From Basidiobolus meristosporus CBS 931.73 (taxonomy: Eukaryota > Fungi > Basidiobolomycota): DNA of 52,763 nucleotides. The position numbers were made by a program, and so were the translations under genes. Within the stretch, counting starts at the first letter, position 1. The number at the start of each line of letters is the position of its first letter. The stretch is taken from the NCBI GenBank assembly GCA_002104905.1, contig MCFE01000615.1, positions 1 through 52,763 of the forward strand. Direction: 5' to 3'. Under the pieces are notes generated by a model. It was not told the DNA's origin, did not search any database, and was given only the letters and a program-made list of their open reading frames with translations. Below are positions 49,700-52,763 of this stretch, piece after piece.

Positions 49700-52600
49700 C
49701 TAATCAGAGTCATCCGACGCAGAGTCGGAATCAGAGCCATACATGGAGATGTCGGCATCAAGGGACTCGCGTCGCCATATATTGTTGATGATGGGACGTG
49801 GGTTCTCCAGGAAGATGGTTGTGGTGTTCTCCTTGGGGACCACGAACAGCTGCTTACCTCCGTTGACGTAGCACATGCCGACCTGCTCGAGTGAATCGGA
49901 GGTGATCTCCACCGATGGGTACGGAAGAAAGCCTGTCTTGAGTGGAACCAGCATAAAGTGGATCTCCATCGTTGAGTCCATCTGTGAAGCAGGTTGGTTG
50001 GGGTTTGTTGTTCGGTCAGTGGGATAGGCTACTTACGTCCAATGTGAAGTGGGCACGTTTCCTTCCGGAGAGCAGCCATTGCTCACCATCAATCCCGATG
50101 TCGTATTGCAACTCCACCGGTAAACGGTCTTGCCGGGGCTTCCAATAATCCGCCAGCTTGAGGACCATCTTGAACGGACACGCGCTCCCAATGTTGACAA
50201 CCCCCTCCTCGAGATGATGAAGCTGCACCTGGCATAAAAGCTGATCCACTAGGTCAGAAACGGCACTTATTGGTTAATAAATTGGGCCAACCTCATATAC
50301 TGGCGCACTCATGGGGATGTTCAACGTTTGCTGATACGGGCCTAGATCTGGCTCGATCTCCTCCATATCTATGGTTTGATACATCTACATGAAGTGAGGT
50401 TAGGGAATCCGAGTCACGATGTTGGCCAACCAGAGCGGCTTACTTCAAAGAATTGGCCCATGGTCTCCAACAACGTTTTGGCTGTGCTCTCTTCGTCATG
50501 CATCAGCAGCTTCTCTAGGGAGGTCGAGTCGAATTCGCCAAGGGTCACGGTGTTGGTCATCCCGTACGAAAATAGATCGACCTTCTGCCGGATATGCTGC
50601 TTCATGTATGGAATGAGGAAGGAGGCGTGCTGAACAAGCTGCTCTTTCTTGAGGAGATCGTGCAGCCGGCGAATGATGGTGGATTCGATCTCTAGGGTGG
50701 CAAAGTGATGGTTATTTGGAGAGCGATACAATGAAACTTTCCATGGAATCCCAAACCATCCTGAAGAGTGCAGTAGGCGAGCTCCAAATCAAAATGATGA
50801 CTAGTTTTTCTCGATTCATATTCTACGGGAAACATGAGTAAATAAATGAAACTTAATGATAGTCGTACAGGTTATCGAGAACAAACCTGCTCCTCTCTTG
50901 AGCTTGTATAACACAGTCATGTCTTGTCGTGGGAACAAAAGCTGGAAACACGGTGACCGTTAATCTCTTGCTAAATCAGCGCCTATCCAACTACATTACC
51001 GTGTTCAACTGGTTTAGCTTAGAAGCTTGGGCTAGCTCGAATTCCGCGGTGGTGTTGAGTGATGTGGTTTGAATACGGATAGGGGCCGTAGAACGACATT
51101 CCAAATGGACTTTGAAGAAGGCGCTACGACGGTTTAGCGAATGATGGCTATTAGGATAAATATGTACCGGCCTACCAGTTCTCTTGGAAATACACTTTGT
51201 GGGACCAGGTTAGTGGGATGGAAAGGTCCACTTCTTGCGTTGTGGAGTACGTGCGATTCTGACCCTTCTTGGTAGTGTATTCAACAACGATTCCAATCTG
51301 GAGTGTAGGGGCTTGGGTGAGTGCTGACTGGATATTCAACCTGAGAGGTGATGAGTCCCAACCTTGCCATGACTGGTACTAAATTCCTCGCAGGGTACCG
51401 TAAACCTAAGTAAAGATTGCTCGGGCAAAGATGGCAATTTGTAGTCTTCGCCCACACGGTCAAGTGTGACGGTAGACTCATCCTCCTGCGGGGTAGATTC
51501 AAGAAAAGCTAGGTTTGCCAAGATTAGTTTGGAACGTATGGTGCATGCGTGCGTGCTGTATGGCTTACTTTCTTGACGATAAAGTATCTTGCCTGTGGTG
51601 TTGTCGCAGGGTTTGAGGGTGAGGAGATCAGTTAGACTTTTGACTCGAATTACCCCATTTTCGATAGAGTCCTGGCGCGTCAATATTTGAACAAGGATCG
51701 TATCTTGACCCCCGATGTGAACTGGAACCCGAGTCAGTGAGAGCAGGGAGAGAGTAGGACTATGTCTGGATATTACCTATCTTGGGTAGAGACGCCTGGA
51801 TCTTGATGGTCGATGGATGCTCGTTGATCCGGAAGGTTCTCTTCTTGGTTTCCCGGAGTAAGTAATGAGTGAATACCAGCTTCCCAACATTCATTCGTAT
51901 GTTGTCAAGAACGTAATTGCCCGGTGCGGATGTCTAGAAGGAAATATACAATAGGTCAGGATGGTGGTCGTGGGAGAAACTGCCCGGCTCCAACATTACT
52001 TCACAGATCAACCGGCACATGTTGGACCCAGGCTTGAGTAGTTGGTTTTCACAGTAAAATTCGATCTCATTAGTGATATCCCCAGCGAGTTTCAGGCTAA
52101 GTTTGGAAGCAGTGAATTCCTAAACAGGTCGAAGATGTCAATCGTGCGGAGAATATAGCATACTAGGCGGATTACTGACTATGGGGAGTGAGTTGTTTAC
52201 AAGCATTTCGATTGCCAACTCCGTGGCAGAATCCTTCTTACTCAGGACAGTGACCTCAAACAATGGTTCAACGTTGCGCGAGATCTCTAAAGTTTGCTTG
52301 GGTTTAGTTCAGTTGATTTGACTAATGCGCGCGGGAAGAGGCAACCTTCTTCAAGCTCTGTGGACACTTTGATCAGCTCCTGCGAGTAGAGTAAGACTTG
52401 CTCCGCACTTAACAGGAATCTTGTTGTGGTGAGTAGAACAAGACACGACTCTGCATACGTAAGCATGGTTAAGGGCGTCAAGAAGTTTTGAGAGATGGAT
52501 TAGTAATCTGGAGATCGTCAAGGATATTGGCTGTATTGCTGCAGATGTTTCTGAGATTCAGCAAGTTTGGTCATCAAATGATTCTCAATCGTAAACCAGC

Positions 52601-52763
52601 CAGCTTCGATGTATTTCGCACAGATAGGCTTCAGTATCTGGCTGCTTCGGCATACTGCTGGTTGTGGCATAGTGCAAGGCCGAGTTAATACCACTGAGTC
52701 TCACTATGGATAGAAGGCAGCGATGCTTACAAATGCAGGATGCAATATCCCCCTGGAGTTGGT
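49700..52763 (-). CDS. TRS130: Probable TRAPP II subunit Trs130/TRAPPC10, multi-exon, 5' part outside the window
   Basis: C-terminal WLLSGRKRAHF and LVPLKTGFLPYPSV blocks. Clear intron at 49982-50036 (GTAAGT..CAG). Further coding pieces at 50037-50249, 50414-50731 and 51336-51683. Other exon borders are unresolved. Confidence 0.62.

Noticed and set aside
1-52763. CRISPR array, rRNA or tRNA genes
   Set aside because: None seen. The repeats are LTRs, TIRs or short degenerate arrays, and the genes have spliceosomal introns.

Overview
Eukaryotic, intron-containing fungal DNA in two compartments. An early-diverging lineage is plausible from gene content and 55-80 bp introns, but that is inference. 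Bases 1 to ~42,950 are an almost CpG-free nest of decayed transposons. They include five copies or fragments of one Ty3/gypsy family, six co-oriented CACTA/EnSpm (CMC) transposase copies, and reverse-oriented non-autonomous elements sharing the CACTA left end. They also include two Ty1/copia pol fragments, a young copia-type non-autonomous LTR element with 2.6 kb of unassignable interior, about nine solo or partial LTRs, a Harbinger fragment and a MITE. From ~43,000 to the end is a compact CpG-rich gene cluster: a histidine-phosphatase (PGM-like) gene, NFU1, a NOP13-like RRM protein, GRR1-like F-box/LRR, and the 3' part of a probable TRAPPC10/Trs130 gene. Most notable: three Ty3 copies each lack the gag capsid through a different deletion, one has 111-bp mini-LTRs at both ends, and the copia-type element has a half-tRNA-type primer site and a GATC-rich non-coding interior. 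All counts and alignments were done by eye.
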